A stretch of DNA of 64,000 nt. It comes from Azolla caroliniana. Its lineage: Eukaryota; Plantae; Polypodiophyta. The notes below the pieces were generated by a model. The model saw nothing but the letters and a program-made list of their open reading frames with translations. It was not told the origin of the DNA and made no database searches. The stretch is from contig JBHGNT010000008.1 in the NCBI GenBank assembly GCA_043228905.1, forward strand, positions 992,001 through 1,056,000, read 5' to 3'. A program made the position numbers and the translations under genes. Below are positions 48,801 through 60,600 of this stretch, piece by piece; the stretch's first letter is position 1; every line of letters begins with the position of its first letter.

Positions 48801-51800
48801 GACGACCACACGCGGCACACGTGGATCTACCTCATTGAGAGGAAGAGCGAAGTCTTTGACTGTTGCCGGAACCTCAAAGGGTTCATGGAAACGGAAACGG
48901 GACGAAAGATCAAGTGCCTGCGGTCCGATGGCGGGAAAGAGTACTTTTCTGGTCAATTCAACGGTTATCTACAACAAATGGGAATTCGGGGCGAATTCAG
49001 TTGTAGATACACGCCAGAGCAGAATGGCGTGGCCGAGAGGAAGAATCGGTCAGTTGTGGAAGCGGCACGGGCAATGTTGGAGGAGAAGAGCTTGCCCAAG
49101 TTCTACTGGGCCGAGACGGTAAGGACCGCGGTATACATCCAGAACCGGATCGGAGACAAAGTGTCGGCGCACGAGCTGTATTTCGGAACGAAACCGAACT
49201 TGCGACACTTGAGGGTGTTCGGTAGCATTGCGATGTACCGAAGGAGAAAAGGAGGAAGCTGGACGCAAAGGCCGAGAAATGCATCTTGGTCGGTTACTCG
49301 GACGAGTAGAAGGGTTATAAGTGCTATAACCCTCGCACCAAACAAGCGTGTGTTAGCCGCGACGTTGTGTTTGACGAGTCCGCGTCCTAGTACCAGCCCC
49401 CGACTCTGAACCCCGACTCCAATCCGAGTTCTGACGATGAGGTCAGCGAGGCCGAGATGCCTCTGGATGAGCCTGAAATCGAGACCCACGAAGAGAGTTC
49501 GATTTCACTCCGTTTAAGTGGACCGATTGGACGACTGAGTCGGTACGACCAGTCCGATGAAGAGCCGGCGAGTAGTGGAGACTCGGCCGTGCATTCCCCG
49601 CGCAGGAAGCCGAGGAGACGGCTTACGCGCAAAGAGAAAGGGAAAAAGAAGGTGTCGGATTCCGGCACGGATAGGAACGAGTCAAACTGACGCAAGTCCG
49701 ACTCCGAGGGAACCGGTGACGGGTCTTTAAAGGTGAAGACCGCGTCGACCGAGAAGGCCTCGACATCGGCTAATGTGAGATTACGTCGATCTACCCGCCA
49801 GAAGAATCCTGTTTCGCGGTTCGGATACAACGAGTACATGGCACATCATTATGCGTACATGACCCGTGTAGCGGAAGTGCGTGAGCCGGAGAGCTACGCA
49901 GAAGTGGCTAAAGACACGAATTGACGTGCCGCGATGGAGGAAGAGATGCACGCATTGGCGGAGAACGAGACCTGGGACCTGGTTGACGCACCAACAGGGG
50001 TAAAACCGATCGGGTGTAGGTGGGTGTACAAGGTCAAGTACAACACTGATGGCTCGGTCAACTGGTACAAGGCTCGGCTAGTGGCAAAGGGCTATGCGCA
50101 GAAACACGGCATCGACTACGATGAGACGTTTGCGCCGGTCGCGAAAATGACGACCGTTTTTGTTTTGCTCGCAGTAGCCGCGGCCAAGGGATGGCACCTA
50201 CATCAGATGGATGTAAAGAATGCGTTCCTGCAAGGTGACCTTGAGGAACAGGTGTACATGGTACAGCCCCCCGAATTCCACTCCGGAACGAACTCCTTGG
50301 TAGTATGCTGACTGAAGAAGTCCCTTTACGAACTGAAGCAAGACTCGTGTGCCTGGAACACGAAGATCACGCAACAATTGCGTCGGATGGGCTTCGTCAC
50401 GTCAAAATCGGACTCTTCCCTGTTCATCCGGAAAGGTCGACTCGGACCAGTTAGTATTTTACTATATGTTGATGACTTGGTCATCACCGGCGCCGACCTC
50501 GGTGAAATCGACCGCGTGAAGCTCCAGCTTGCGGCATCGTTCGACATGAAGGATCTGAGGGACCTTCATTACTTCCTCGGGATCGAAGTGATCCATACCC
50601 CCAAAGGCATATTGATCAGCCAACGTCATTACGTGCTGAGTATGCTCTTCAAATTCGGGATGGACGACTGTAAGTCCGTCTCGACTCCTCTGAACAGAAC
50701 CGTCAAGCTTCGTCCCGATACGGGAAAGGTATGCGACCCGACGAGGTTCCGACAAATTGTCGGAAGCCTCATATACTTGACCATCACTCGACCCGACCTC
50801 AGTTATCCGGTCGGAGTGATCAGTCAGTTCATGGCGCGACCTACCGAGGAGCACCTTTAGTGTGCGCAACGCATACTTCGGTATGTCAACGACACTAAGG
50901 ACCGGGGACTGCTATATCGGACCGGTGCATCCGCGCAGTTAGTCGGCTACACCAATGCTGATTGGGCTTGCAATGCCGCCGATCGCCGATCCACGTCCGG
51001 ATACGCGTTGTCGAGATATTTCGCAAGTGCGTGTGGAGATGAGGCGGGACCGCGGGGGTCTCGAACCAAAGAGCAAGCGAGGGAGGAGAAAGAGAGAGAA
51101 CCGGCTACGCAGGACCGGGGATACACAGGGACACGGCCCTTCAGCACGGAGAACGCGAACAGACACCGACACAGACAGACGCGAACGACTAAATATGTAT
51201 ATTAAGAAAAATGGCTAACACGACTACAACCCTCGATGGGGCTCAGGTTGGTTACAACCGAACAAGCCGGCGAACAGATGCCGATACTTGTTCGCTTCGA
51301 TGCACAAAAAGGGGGAGGGGGAAGCAGGTCGGAGGTGCTGCCGGAAGCACTCGGGCGTTCCTCGAAGCAGCACGAGCCCCCTCGGAACCCTGCACAGAAA
51401 AGCTATGGAGCTCAAGAAGGAAGGAAACAGAGAGAGAAGCGTCCAGAAACGGTCCGACAGCACTTCGTCCTCTCCGCGCGAGATACCTGCAACAGCTCTT
51501 TCCTCCTCTTTTTATAGCCCGACGAGCAGGCCGTCCTGTCAGCTTTATTCCCCTGTCCCTTTTGGACAGGGATCCGCTCCGTCCTTCACGCGTCCGCGTA
51601 GTTACGCCGCCGACTCGTACAGTCCCTTCGCTCGCGCGCGCGACCGAAAAGACTGTTCGCGCGGTCTTTGTCTCCACTTGTGTTAGGGCCCGTTCCTGCC
51701 GGTTATCCTCCTAACTCGCTTCTATGTACAACTTGGAGCTTGCGCGCGTGAAGAACCGGTACCCACGCCTAGGTGCGCCGATTCCGCCTATGGACGGTTT

Positions 51801-51881
51801 TCTTCACGACATCCGCCCCCACCTAACCGCGCATCCTCCGGTATGCGCCAGAGAGTTGGGACGGAGAAAACCGGCCCGTCT

Positions 51882-54800
51882 TCATTCCTCGCCCGTCGGT
51901 TCTTCCTCGTTTTCGGATCGTTCGTCACTGCTGACTAGAAGAGCCGGGTCTGGCTCGTCGTCGTGTCGCTTTTTGAACGCTTTGATCCGCTTCCCTGCAA
52001 CCGGTATCGCCATTCTCGTGCCGTCGAGTTCCGCCAGGTGATATGTCCCGTTGCCATTGGCGCTCCGTACCGCGTAAGGCCCAAACCACCTACGTGCGAA
52101 CTTCCTTGTAGCTCGGTGCTGGTTGTCGAGACTGCTGTCGTAGACGAGCACCCAGTCACCTTCTTCGATCTTCTTCGGTCGGAGCCGGTGCGTTCGGTCG
52201 AACCTGGCTTTGTTCTTTGCCCTCGCCACCCGGAGCCTCTCCGTAGCCAGTTCCACGTCCTCCGGTCTCCGCTCGAGTTGTCGTATACGCGCGGCCAACA
52301 ACTCCTCCCGGCTCATCTCGTCCCTCCAATCGACCGTTGCCCATGAGGAGATCGTCCGTTCCATCGGCATGATCGGCTTCTGGCCGAACATGAGCTCCGT
52401 CGGCATGTACCCGGTTACCGAACTGTGCGTGGTCCGGTCTGCCCACAAAGCATAAGGTAGCAGCCGCGGCCAGTTACCGACTTGGCCTCCGCATGCCCGA
52501 ACCAACGCCTTGACGATCGGCCCGTGTCCGCGCTCCACCTTCCCATTCGCCTCCGGATTGTACGCAGTGGTGAGCGAGAGCTTAACTCCGAGCCGGTCGA
52601 ACAGCTCCGCGGCTTCTTCGGTGTCCAACTCCCCTCGATCAGCCACGATCTTCCCAACGCACCCGTACCGGCATATCACGTCCTCGATTAGGAATCGACA
52701 TACGGCCGCGGTCGTTTTGTTTGGGAGGGCTCGGCCTTCCACCTGGTTCGTCAGATCCTCCCGTGCTAGGACCAGGTACCGCATCTGTCCTACCCCCATT
52801 GGCATCGTCACCAGATCTACCATCCATTTGAAATGGATGGTCGGAGGGTACGTAGGGTGAAGCTCGTCCCGGTGTCGGACTATGGAGTGCATCTGACAGC
52901 TCTCGCAAGTTGTCACGAACCGATGCACGTCCCGGTACTGCCCCGGCCACCAATACTTCCCCTTCAGTTTCTCAAACGTAGCCCATGTCCCACGGTGTCC
53001 AGCCCAAGGGCTGTCGTGGCAGGCCGCTAGCAGCTCCTCCTGATCTTCCTTCATTGCCACCACCCGGAGCGGGACGCCGTTCCTCTTCTTCGGGTGCTTC
53101 CACAGGTATCCATCCCGGAGAAAGAATCGGTACGCTTTCTTCCGGATCCGGTTGGCCTCGTCTTTCGTCCATGACGCATCCGGCGCCATTGTCCTCAAGA
53201 ACCCGCCGATCTGCAGCCACTCCCCGTCGTACTTGCTCGCGTCGAAGTCGTTAAGCGCCGGAGTGCTCGACCCGCCGGTTGTTACGTATGCTGCCTCGAA
53301 GAAGTCCACGCCGACCTCCTCGTCCTCCGAAACCATGGCGCCCTCGTCATCGAATCTCGCCCTTGAAAGCATGTCGGCCATGGCGTTGTCTTTCCCGGAA
53401 ATGTGTCGTATTTCCGGGTCCAGGGACTTGATGTACGCTATCCACCTGAGCATTGCCAGGTCCGGCGTCGCGCATCCGTAAACCATGCCGAGAATCGGCA
53501 TGCAATCCGTCTCTATGATTACCTCTGTCCCGATCAGATAGTCCTTGTCGGTCTTCACTGCCGAAACGATACCCCAGAGTTCGCGTTTAACCTGGGCGTA
53601 TCCCCGTTGCCGCTCACTGAGGACCTTCGCGCCGAATCGGATTGGAAACCGATTGCCGTCCCCGTCTTCTTGGTTGACGACCCACCCGATTCCGGTCGGA
53701 CTCGTGTCAACCGTTATGTACACTGGGGTGCCCTTCCCGTAGACAGCCTTTCGGAGCGCCGGTGCTGCCGAAAGGGCCTCCTTCAGCTTCCGGACCGACT
53801 CCGCGTGCTTGTCTAGCCATTCGAATCTTCGCCCTTTCTTCAATAATCCGTACAGCGGCTCCGCGACGTGCGCGTAATGCGGGATCCATATGTGGTAGAA
53901 GGCGCATGCTCCCAAGAATCTTCGTACTTCCGTGACCGAGCTGCAGTCAGGCTTCATCGCGGAGATGGCCTCTACCTTTGCCGGAGACGGTTTCCGGCCA
54001 TATGGCCCGCACAAATGTCCGACCACCATGATTTCCGATTGCCCGAAGGCTGATTTCTCCCCCGAGAAGGTGAGCCTCGCAACCTCTAGCCTTTGCAGCA
54101 CCTTCTCGCAGTCGTCGATGTGCGCCATCACGAATCGCCGGCATCCGTCCGGCCCGACCGTCTCGTCCTTCTCTTCTACCGGGCATCCCTTGATCGGGAT
54201 GTCGTCTAGAAACGGCATGGTGATGTCCGGGATGCAGTCCCTCAGCACCTTGTTCATTGCATTCACCATGTGGGCCACCGAGTTGGTCCCTCCTTGCGGC
54301 AGCGTACACATCCGCACTAGGCCGAGGGGAGTTCGCATCGTCGTGATGTCTCTGCTCTCCACGGCTAGCTGGAACTGGTCGTACCCTGAGTATAGATCAC
54401 CGACCGAGTAAATCGACCTTCCGGCGAAGGCCTCCGCGAACTCGTCTATGGTCGGTCCGATCCCTGCGTTCCGAATGGTCACCCTATTGACCGGTTGCAG
54501 GTCCTGAATGAAGCGCAATGATCCGTTTTTCTTTGGTACGGTAAACCACCGGTTTGAATACGGGGCGCTCGACGGCTCGAGAATGCCCATATCAACTTTC
54601 TGCTTCAACAGCTCCATCAACATCGGGATGTGAGCTCTCGGAACCGAAATTGGCTTGAGATTCCACGGTACATGCGGTACCGTGAATATCACCATTGGCT
54701 CTACGATCGTCGGGTCTACGCACCCGATTTCCTCCGGTGAGAATGCGAAGGCTTTCCCGTGCCTTCCGAGCATTCTCCGAAACCGGTCTTCCTCCATCGG

Positions 54801-55238
54801 CAGTAGGAACCCGCCCCCACCGATCTTCAGCTCGCGGAGCGTCTCGTTGGTGAAGGTGTGTCCTATGCAGGCCGGATCTCGTAAGCTGGGGTCCGATGCA
54901 ACCCCTTTGATTCGGGATTCGCTGCCCTCCGGTAAGGGCGCCGCAACTGGCCTCACCTTCCGGTCCACCGTCTTGTACTTGGTGCTCACTCGGGCCGTCC
55001 GTTCCGACTCGAGCCCTCGACCGAAGTCCGCGATGACTTCGTACATTTCTTCGGAACATACCGGTATCGTCCGGTCTTCGTTAAGGTCTTCTTCGACTAC
55101 CTTCCCCAGCATCCCCAAGGTGTCGTCGAAGGAGACTGCCTCCACGGCTCCGTTGATTCCTTCGTCAGGGCCGAGAACTCCGCACGCCTGAAGTCTCCCC
55201 TCCGTCTTTGTTTTCTCTCGGCCGGTGATGCCGACCAT
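51882..55238 (-). CDS. Gypsy Pol (RT-RNase H-integrase), probably reached by -1 frameshift from Gag-PR
   Basis: DLYSGYDQ, LPQG, FLDD RT motifs; DTS...ADMLSR RNase H; H-H-CxxC and D-D-E integrase; GPY motif; no chromodomain seen. Confidence 0.95.
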   Translation of the reverse strand: MVGITGREKTKTEGRLQACGVLGPDEGINGAVEAVSFDDTLGMLGKVVEEDLNEDRTIPVCSEEMYEVIADFGRGLESERTARVSTKYKTVDRKVRPVAAPLPEGSESRIKGVASDPSLRDPACIGHTFTNETLRELKIGGGGFLLPMEEDRFRRMLGRHGKAFAFSPEEIGCVDPTIVEPMVIFTVPHVPWNLKPISVPRAHIPMLMELLKQKVDMGILEPSSAPYSNRWFTVPKKNGSLRFIQDLQPVNRVTIRNAGIGPTIDEFAEAFAGRSIYSVGDLYSGYDQFQLAVESRDITTMRTPLGLVRMCTLPQGGTNSVAHMVNAMNKVLRDCIPDITMPFLDDIPIKGCPVEEKDETVGPDGCRRFVMAHIDDCEKVLQRLEVARLTFSGEKSAFGQSEIMVVGHLCGPYGRKPSPAKVEAISAMKPDCSSVTEVRRFLGACAFYHIWIPHYAHVAEPLYGLLKKGRRFEWLDKHAESVRKLKEALSAAPALRKAVYGKGTPVYITVDTSPTGIGWVVNQEDGDGNRFPIRFGAKVLSERQRGYAQVKRELWGIVSAVKTDKDYLIGTEVIIETDCMPILGMVYGCATPDLAMLRWIAYIKSLDPEIRHISGKDNAMADMLSRARFDDEGAMVSEDEEVGVDFFEAAYVTTGGSSTPALNDFDASKYDGEWLQIGGFLRTMAPDASWTKDEANRIRKKAYRFFLRDGYLWKHPKKRNGVPLRVVAMKEDQEELLAACHDSPWAGHRGTWATFEKLKGKYWWPGQYRDVHRFVTTCESCQMHSIVRHRDELHPTYPPTIHFKWMVDLVTMPMGVGQMRYLVLAREDLTNQVEGRALPNKTTAAVCRFLIEDVICRYGCVGKIVADRGELDTEEAAELFDRLGVKLSLTTAYNPEANGKVERGHGPIVKALVRACGGQVGNWPRLLPYALWADRTTHSSVTGYMPTELMFGQKPIMPMERTISSWATVDWRDEMSREELLAARIRQLERRPEDVELATERLRVARAKNKARFDRTHRLRPKKIEEGDWVLVYDSSLDNQHRATRKFARRWFGPYAVRSANGNGTYHLAELDGTRMAIPVAGKRIKAFKKRHDDEPDPALLVSSDERSENEEEPTGEE

Positions 55239-55360
55239 CGTACATGCCCCGCTGTCGGAGAAGCAAAATTTCCTACCTATTGTACACGGTTTTATCGTAC
55301 AGATGTGGGGGTTTCCCGGAGCATCCGGACTGTCGCGGCCCCACGCCTTGGCAGTCCTCT

Positions 55361-57670
55361 CTAAAAATCCTCTCGGTTTTCGGAACCGAGGGAGTCGCGG
55401 TTACGTTCGTGGTTCGGCCGTACCGTCAGAAACTGGACCGAATGGCGCCCGTCTTGGCTTTTGACCCTTGCGTAGGCCGAACCATTGTCCAGCACTTTGG
55501 TCTCCATTCGCGCCGCCGTGATGTACGGCTCTCCCAGAATGACCGGATGCGAAGACGTCTCCTGCACGAAGAAGTGCTGGTCAATCTCAACGTCGCCGAT
55601 CTTGACTCGCACATTCGGACAGGCCCCGTGCAGTTCCTCGGTGGCGCGCGTTGCTGCCCTTATTTTCCACCCGTGCTTGGTGTTGATCGGCCATTTGCCC
55701 TTCTTATAGAAGTCCATGGACATCAAATTGATCTCCGATCCGTGGTCCACCAAAGCTATCACCGGTTCCTGGACATCGCCGATCTTTACCGGGGTTTCCG
55801 TGGTCGCTCGGGCCCAGTGTGGTCTCGAATAGTGGCTTTCCGCCCACTCGTCTCCCAGCGCCATGTCGTCTAGGTGCGTCGTCCGCACTTCCACCGGTCT
55901 TTCCGGTTCTGTCTCCGTCGACAGCCTTTTCCGTTTCACCAAGTCCACGATGGAGTCGTGGAACTCCTTCTTGGCGATTCCCAGCACCTCTCGTAACGAC
56001 AGCTCCACCTTGCTGTCGAGGATCCGTTCCTCCAGGACCTTTCGTAAGTCCGTGGTCCTTTCTATCTCCGTCCCCAGACGGTACCCGCCCTTCTGGGGTT
56101 TATCTTGCGTACCGGCCCCGCCGGCTTCGTCCTGTCGTGGCCCGGACCGGGTCTCGTATCGTTGTGAGGGCCCGGTCGTCCCGGGTCTCCCCACCCGCTT
56201 CTCTTCTACCAGAGCCTCGTAGTTCTGGCAAGCGGCTTCCACGAAGCCCGTCCTTTCCTCGACCGGGTCGCTCCACCCGGTCATCTCCCGTACCCGTTTC
56301 TCCGCACGGTCCGATTCCTCCCCTTTAAGCCTTGCACCGGCAAGGCCTTCCAGCATCGTCGGCCAGAATCCGGCTTTGCTTTCCTTTCGGGCCTCGCCGC
56401 CCCCGACTCGAATGCCGGCCGACGCCGAGTAGTGGACGGTTTCCGCGTGCCGGGCCGCCGCCTCTTCCATCAACCTTTTCATACCACCTTTTCCGTCGTT
56501 TCGGCTCAGGGTCCTTCGGGTGTCGCTGGCATGCACCCGTCCTTCCCACAGGTACACCACCCTGTCCCTTAGCGCCTCCGCGAAGTCGCCGCAGTCCTTC
56601 CGAATGTGGCCGACTTCATCGCACCACATGCACCTGTTTCCTGCCGCCGGCCGTCGGTCACGAGCCGGTTCGCCACCTTCCCTTCGGGCTTGCGCGATTT
56701 GGAGGTCCTTTACCGCCCTCGTCAATTCCTCCAGCGCCGCTCCTCCGGTTGAGCCTCTGACTACGCCGGTCGAAGCCGAACCGGTTTCCAACCACTCTCC
56801 GGTCTCTTCCTTTCGCACCCGTGGCGCTGGTTCGAACTTCCTTGCTGCGACCGAGCCCGACCCGGTTACCCCGTTATCCGCCCATTCTCGCCGTTTGTCG
56901 AAACGGCCACAGACTTTCTTGACAGCCGCCCAGTCGGTAGTGAGCCCGTCTTCGGTTTCCAGCAAGAGGCCCACTTGCTCCCGATCCCGCTCGTCGACCG
57001 ACTTGACAAACAGCAAGACCCGGCTCGTGTCCAGGATGGTTCGGTCGAGCGCCGAAAGGCGCGCAAAGTTTTCCTCGAACTCCCGGAGGAGTGCCGAAGC
57101 GTTTCTTCCCTTCCCCGGGGACTCCACCCATTCCATGAACCTTCGCTTCGAAAGCCGGAGCGCGTCGTCCAGCCCGTATTTCTCTAGGAGCCGACCTTCG
57201 AACTCCTCCCAGGTACGGCTCTCCGCCCGCACCTCAAGCACCTCCGCATGGATGCCCGGCATTGCGACTCGGGGAAATCCGGCAAGACGCCTTTCTTCCG
57301 GAATGTCCCGCATCAACATTTCCGCACCGTAGGACGCTAGATACTTCGTGGCATCCCTCCCATCGAACCGGCCGATCGTGCCGACGACCGCCTCAATAGC
57401 TCTGTCGAGGGCACCGGTGCCCTCGCGCGCGTTTACAATCCGATCCACGGCCGAAGCCATGGCCTCTGCAAGATCCGACCCCCTCATCTTCTGCTCTTCT
57501 GCCACCTCTTTCACGTCGGGTTCACCAAAGATGTCGAGATATTTCGCAAGTGCGTGTGGAGATGAGGCGGGACCGCGGGGGTCTCGAACCAAAGAGCAAG
57601 CGAGGGAGGAGAAAGAGAGAGAACCGGCTACGCAGGACCGGGGATACACAGGGACACGGCCCTTCAGCAC
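55361..57670 (-). CDS. Gypsy Gag-protease (true start probably MRGSDL at ~57487, downstream of PBS)
   Basis: CMWCDEVGHIRKDC zinc knuckle; protease ALVDHGSEINLM...VILGEPY. Confidence 0.9.
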   Translation of the reverse strand: MLKGRVPVYPRSCVAGSLSFSSLACSLVRDPRGPASSPHALAKYLDIFGEPDVKEVAEEQKMRGSDLAEAMASAVDRIVNAREGTGALDRAIEAVVGTIGRFDGRDATKYLASYGAEMLMRDIPEERRLAGFPRVAMPGIHAEVLEVRAESRTWEEFEGRLLEKYGLDDALRLSKRRFMEWVESPGKGRNASALLREFEENFARLSALDRTILDTSRVLLFVKSVDERDREQVGLLLETEDGLTTDWAAVKKVCGRFDKRREWADNGVTGSGSVAARKFEPAPRVRKEETGEWLETGSASTGVVRGSTGGAALEELTRAVKDLQIAQARREGGEPARDRRPAAGNRCMWCDEVGHIRKDCGDFAEALRDRVVYLWEGRVHASDTRRTLSRNDGKGGMKRLMEEAAARHAETVHYSASAGIRVGGGEARKESKAGFWPTMLEGLAGARLKGEESDRAEKRVREMTGWSDPVEERTGFVEAACQNYEALVEEKRVGRPGTTGPSQRYETRSGPRQDEAGGAGTQDKPQKGGYRLGTEIERTTDLRKVLEERILDSKVELSLREVLGIAKKEFHDSIVDLVKRKRLSTETEPERPVEVRTTHLDDMALGDEWAESHYSRPHWARATTETPVKIGDVQEPVIALVDHGSEINLMSMDFYKKGKWPINTKHGWKIRAATRATEELHGACPNVRVKIGDVEIDQHFFVQETSSHPVILGEPYITAARMETKVLDNGSAYARVKSQDGRHSVQFLTVRPNHERNRDSLGSENREDF
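57511..57527 (-). promoter_or_regulatory. Primer-binding site complementary to tRNA-Trp 3' end
   Basis: + strand TCACGTCGGGTTCACCA matches the plant cytosolic tRNA-Trp 3' end as I recall it; 4 nt from the 5' LTR. Confidence 0.8.
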
Positions 57671-60600
57671 GGAGAACGCGAACAGACACCGACACAGACA
57701 GACGCGAACGACTAAATATGTATATTAAGAAAAATGGCTAACACGACTACAACCCTCGATGGGGCTCAGGTTGGTTACAACCGAACAAGCCGGCGAACAG
57801 ATGCCGATACTTGTTCGCTTCGATGCACAAAAAGGGGGAGGGGGAAGCAGGTCGGAGGTGCTGCCGGAAGCACTCGGGCGTTCCTCGAAGCAGCACGAGC
57901 CCCCTCGGAACCCTGCACAGAAAAGCTATGGAGCTCAAGAAGGAAGGAAACAGAGAGAGAAGCGTCCAGAAACGGTCCGACAGCACTTCGTCCTCTCCGC
58001 GCGAGATACCTGCAACAGCTCTTTCCTCCTCTTTTTATAGCCCGACGAGCAGGCCGTCCTGTCAGCTTTATTCCCCTGTCCCTTTTGGACAGGGATCCGC
58101 TCCGTCCTTCACGCGTCCGCGTAGTTACGCCGCCGACTCGTACAGTCCCTTCGCTCGCGCGCGCGACCGAAAAGACTGTTCGCGCGGTCTTTGTCTCCAC
58201 TTGTGTTAGGGCCCGTTCCTGCCGGTTATCCTCCTAACTCGCTTCTATGTACAACTTGGAGCTTGCGCGCGTGAAGAACCGGTACCCACGCCTAGGTGCG
58301 CCGATTCCGCCTATGGACGGTTTTCTTCACGACAGCGTTCTCCCTCGGGAGTGCCGCGATCGCGTGGAGCAGTAAGAAGCAGCAGACAGTTGCACTGTCG
58401 AGCACCAAAGCTGAGTACTGAGGAGCGGCTGTCGCGACATGCGAAGCCATATGGTTGAAGCGGCTACTTAAGGACTTGCAAGAGGAGGTGTCAGATCCGA
58501 CGACGATCTACTGCGACAACCTCAGCAACATCCAGCTCACGAAAAACCCCGTTTTCCATGCACGAACCAAGCACATTGAGGTGCACTACCATTTCGTTCG
58601 TGAGCGTGTCCTTTTCGGTGAAGTCGAACTTCAATACGTTCCGACGGATCGGCAAACTGCCGACATCTTCACTAAGCCCCTTGGTCTGGACAAGTTGTGG
58701 CAATTCTCTGGTGCGCTCGGATTGCGTCACCTCGACGTGCCAAACTTGAGGGGGAGAACAGTCCCGAACGACCAAGCTGACCAAGCAAAGTAGCAGGAAA
58801 GGAGCGGAGGCCGCGACACCGAGTCGGTTGACTCGGTTGTTGACCTGGTTGTCGAGTTCGACTTCGGATCGGCTGAAGAAGCCGAGGACAGACCCGCGGA
58901 AAAGTCCGGAAGCGGACAGAAGGGGAGCAGCCGAAGGAGAAAGCCGAAGCCAACCATGCATGGGGAAGATGACGCCATCGAGGGCAAAAAGACCGAAGAC
59001 GAGTTGGAGACAACCAACTCGGACGAGAGCGAAAACCGATCGGAGGTAGCCGAGTCGGTTTGGATGTTCGATTCAGATACGCTGAATCAACCGAGGCCCA
59101 AGCGGAAGAAAAGGCAGCAGGAGAAGCGTCAACACCGCAACAACAAAAGAGCTGATAAGGGCCGCATGAGCAGACAAGCCGACCGGAAGGGTCGAAGCAT
59201 GCGGAGTCGAACAGGTCGAGGAGCGCGAGCGAGGCGTGAAGCCAGGAGGAACCGGAGGTGTGAGCCCGAGGATCCCGAAGAGCCTCGAGTTGAGCTTGAG
59301 GGGGAGTGTTGAGAGACAAGCTCAACATCAGCCGGATCGGCTGAAGAAGCCGAGGACCGGATCGGTTGGCACCGATCGGTTAGGCCGAGTGCGTAAACCG
59401 GGAAGCCGTTAGGAAAGATATTCCGTGAGGAATATATTTGGGAGTTAGTGTAGGAGCTCTTAAAGAGCATTGAAGTATGGTCAGTACTTTTGTCAGTCCT
59501 TCGAGGACTTGTATAAAAGTGTTCATGGAACACACATATGTATAGAGCGTGGTGAATTGAGATTTTAATATACTTCTTGTGTTTTCTCTCTCTCACTCTC
59601 TCTGTCTCTCCCGCGTATACTGCGTAAGCTCAAGCTCTCCATTAAACCTGAGTTTTCTTCCTTCTGTTCTGTCTTCATACTTGCTTTCGCACGCTACTTT
59701 TTACAATCACCTCCAATGTCGTAGCATCGATCTTGTCCGGTTTCTTGTCTCCAAACTGTACCGGCAGCTAGAGATCTTTGACCTCGAGCATGTCCCTCAT
59801 CTTCGACTTCCAGACTGGGTAGTTGGAGTCGATGAGCTTGAACATGTCGCCGAATGATTCTTCCATTTTCTTTGAACCACGCTCTGATACCAGTTTGTAC
59901 AGAAATAACGCTCAGCCACGATCGAGTCTTCAAGAAGGAATAGAAGAGAACAAACTAAAACCGAGATGACAAAGGATGTTTATGTGGAAAACCCTAAACG
60001 GGAAAAACCACGGGAGCCTACAGACTCTAACTATCACTATTAGAGGAGGAATACAACGTGAGACTCAGAGGCAACGACCTTGAGCTCTATGTCTTAGCCA
60101 ATGGCGGTTAGAAACACAAAACTAGTTCTGTATATATCTCTCTCTCTCTCTCACTCCGTGTATACAAGAACTTATTCAACAACCTATATAAAGTGATTGC
60201 ACTAAGTCATAATTATATTTATACGCTTTAGGGATATTTACAAATATAGCTTCAGTGGGCTTATCCTAACATATTTACAAATATGTCCTTGGATCCGGTT
60301 CACACTGGATCCATCCGGATTCACTGGTTCCAGTTTCCGGCTTCTTCATCTGGCTCATCCAGTTCTCATCCGTATCCCATCCGGAGGGACCGAATTCCCA
60401 ACACATTTGCAGTGGCGAAAAGGTGGCACCTCCATCAAATGGACGTCAAGAGCGCCTTTCTTCAAGGCAAATTAGAAGAGGTGTACATGGTACAACCACC
60501 CAACTTCGAATCCAACATCCATCCAAAAGCAGTCTACCGACTTAAGAAGCCTCTCTACGGCCTTAAGCAAGCACCATGTACTTGGCACTTGAAGATAACA

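Larger units (their letters stand above)
51009..58334 (-). mobile_element. Intact, very recent Ty3/Gypsy LTR retrotransposon (level 4 of nest)
   Basis: 803-bp LTRs 51009-51811 and 57532-58334 with no difference seen; 4-bp TSD GCGT; tRNA-Trp-type PBS 57511-57527; PPT revcomp ~51812-51824. Confidence 0.97.
46617..59705 (+). mobile_element. Full-length Copia (level 3 of nest), several stops/frameshifts
   Basis: 399-bp LTRs 46617-47015 and 59307-59705 (~10 mismatches by eye); TSD ATCAC; PBS TGGTATCAGAGC at 47016; PPT GAGGGGGAG before 59307; gag, protease, integrase, RT, RNase H ORFs. Confidence 0.96.
41990..60403 (-). mobile_element. Full-length degenerate Tnt1-like Copia (level 2 of nest)
   Basis: LTRs 41990-42499 and 59896-60403; 5-bp TSD CATTT; PBS revcomp 59881-59892; PPT revcomp ~42500-42510; gag-pol fragments 42800-46610. 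Confidence 0.93.

Noticed and set aside
51211-51714. 167-aa and overlapping ORFs in the Gypsy LTRs, and many antisense ORFs across 52000-57700
   Set aside because: Expected in GC-rich retroelement DNA; no recognisable domains
58750-59306. env-like or extra ORF in the Copia 3' region
   Set aside because: Short, low-complexity charged ORFs with no transmembrane segment; insufficient support
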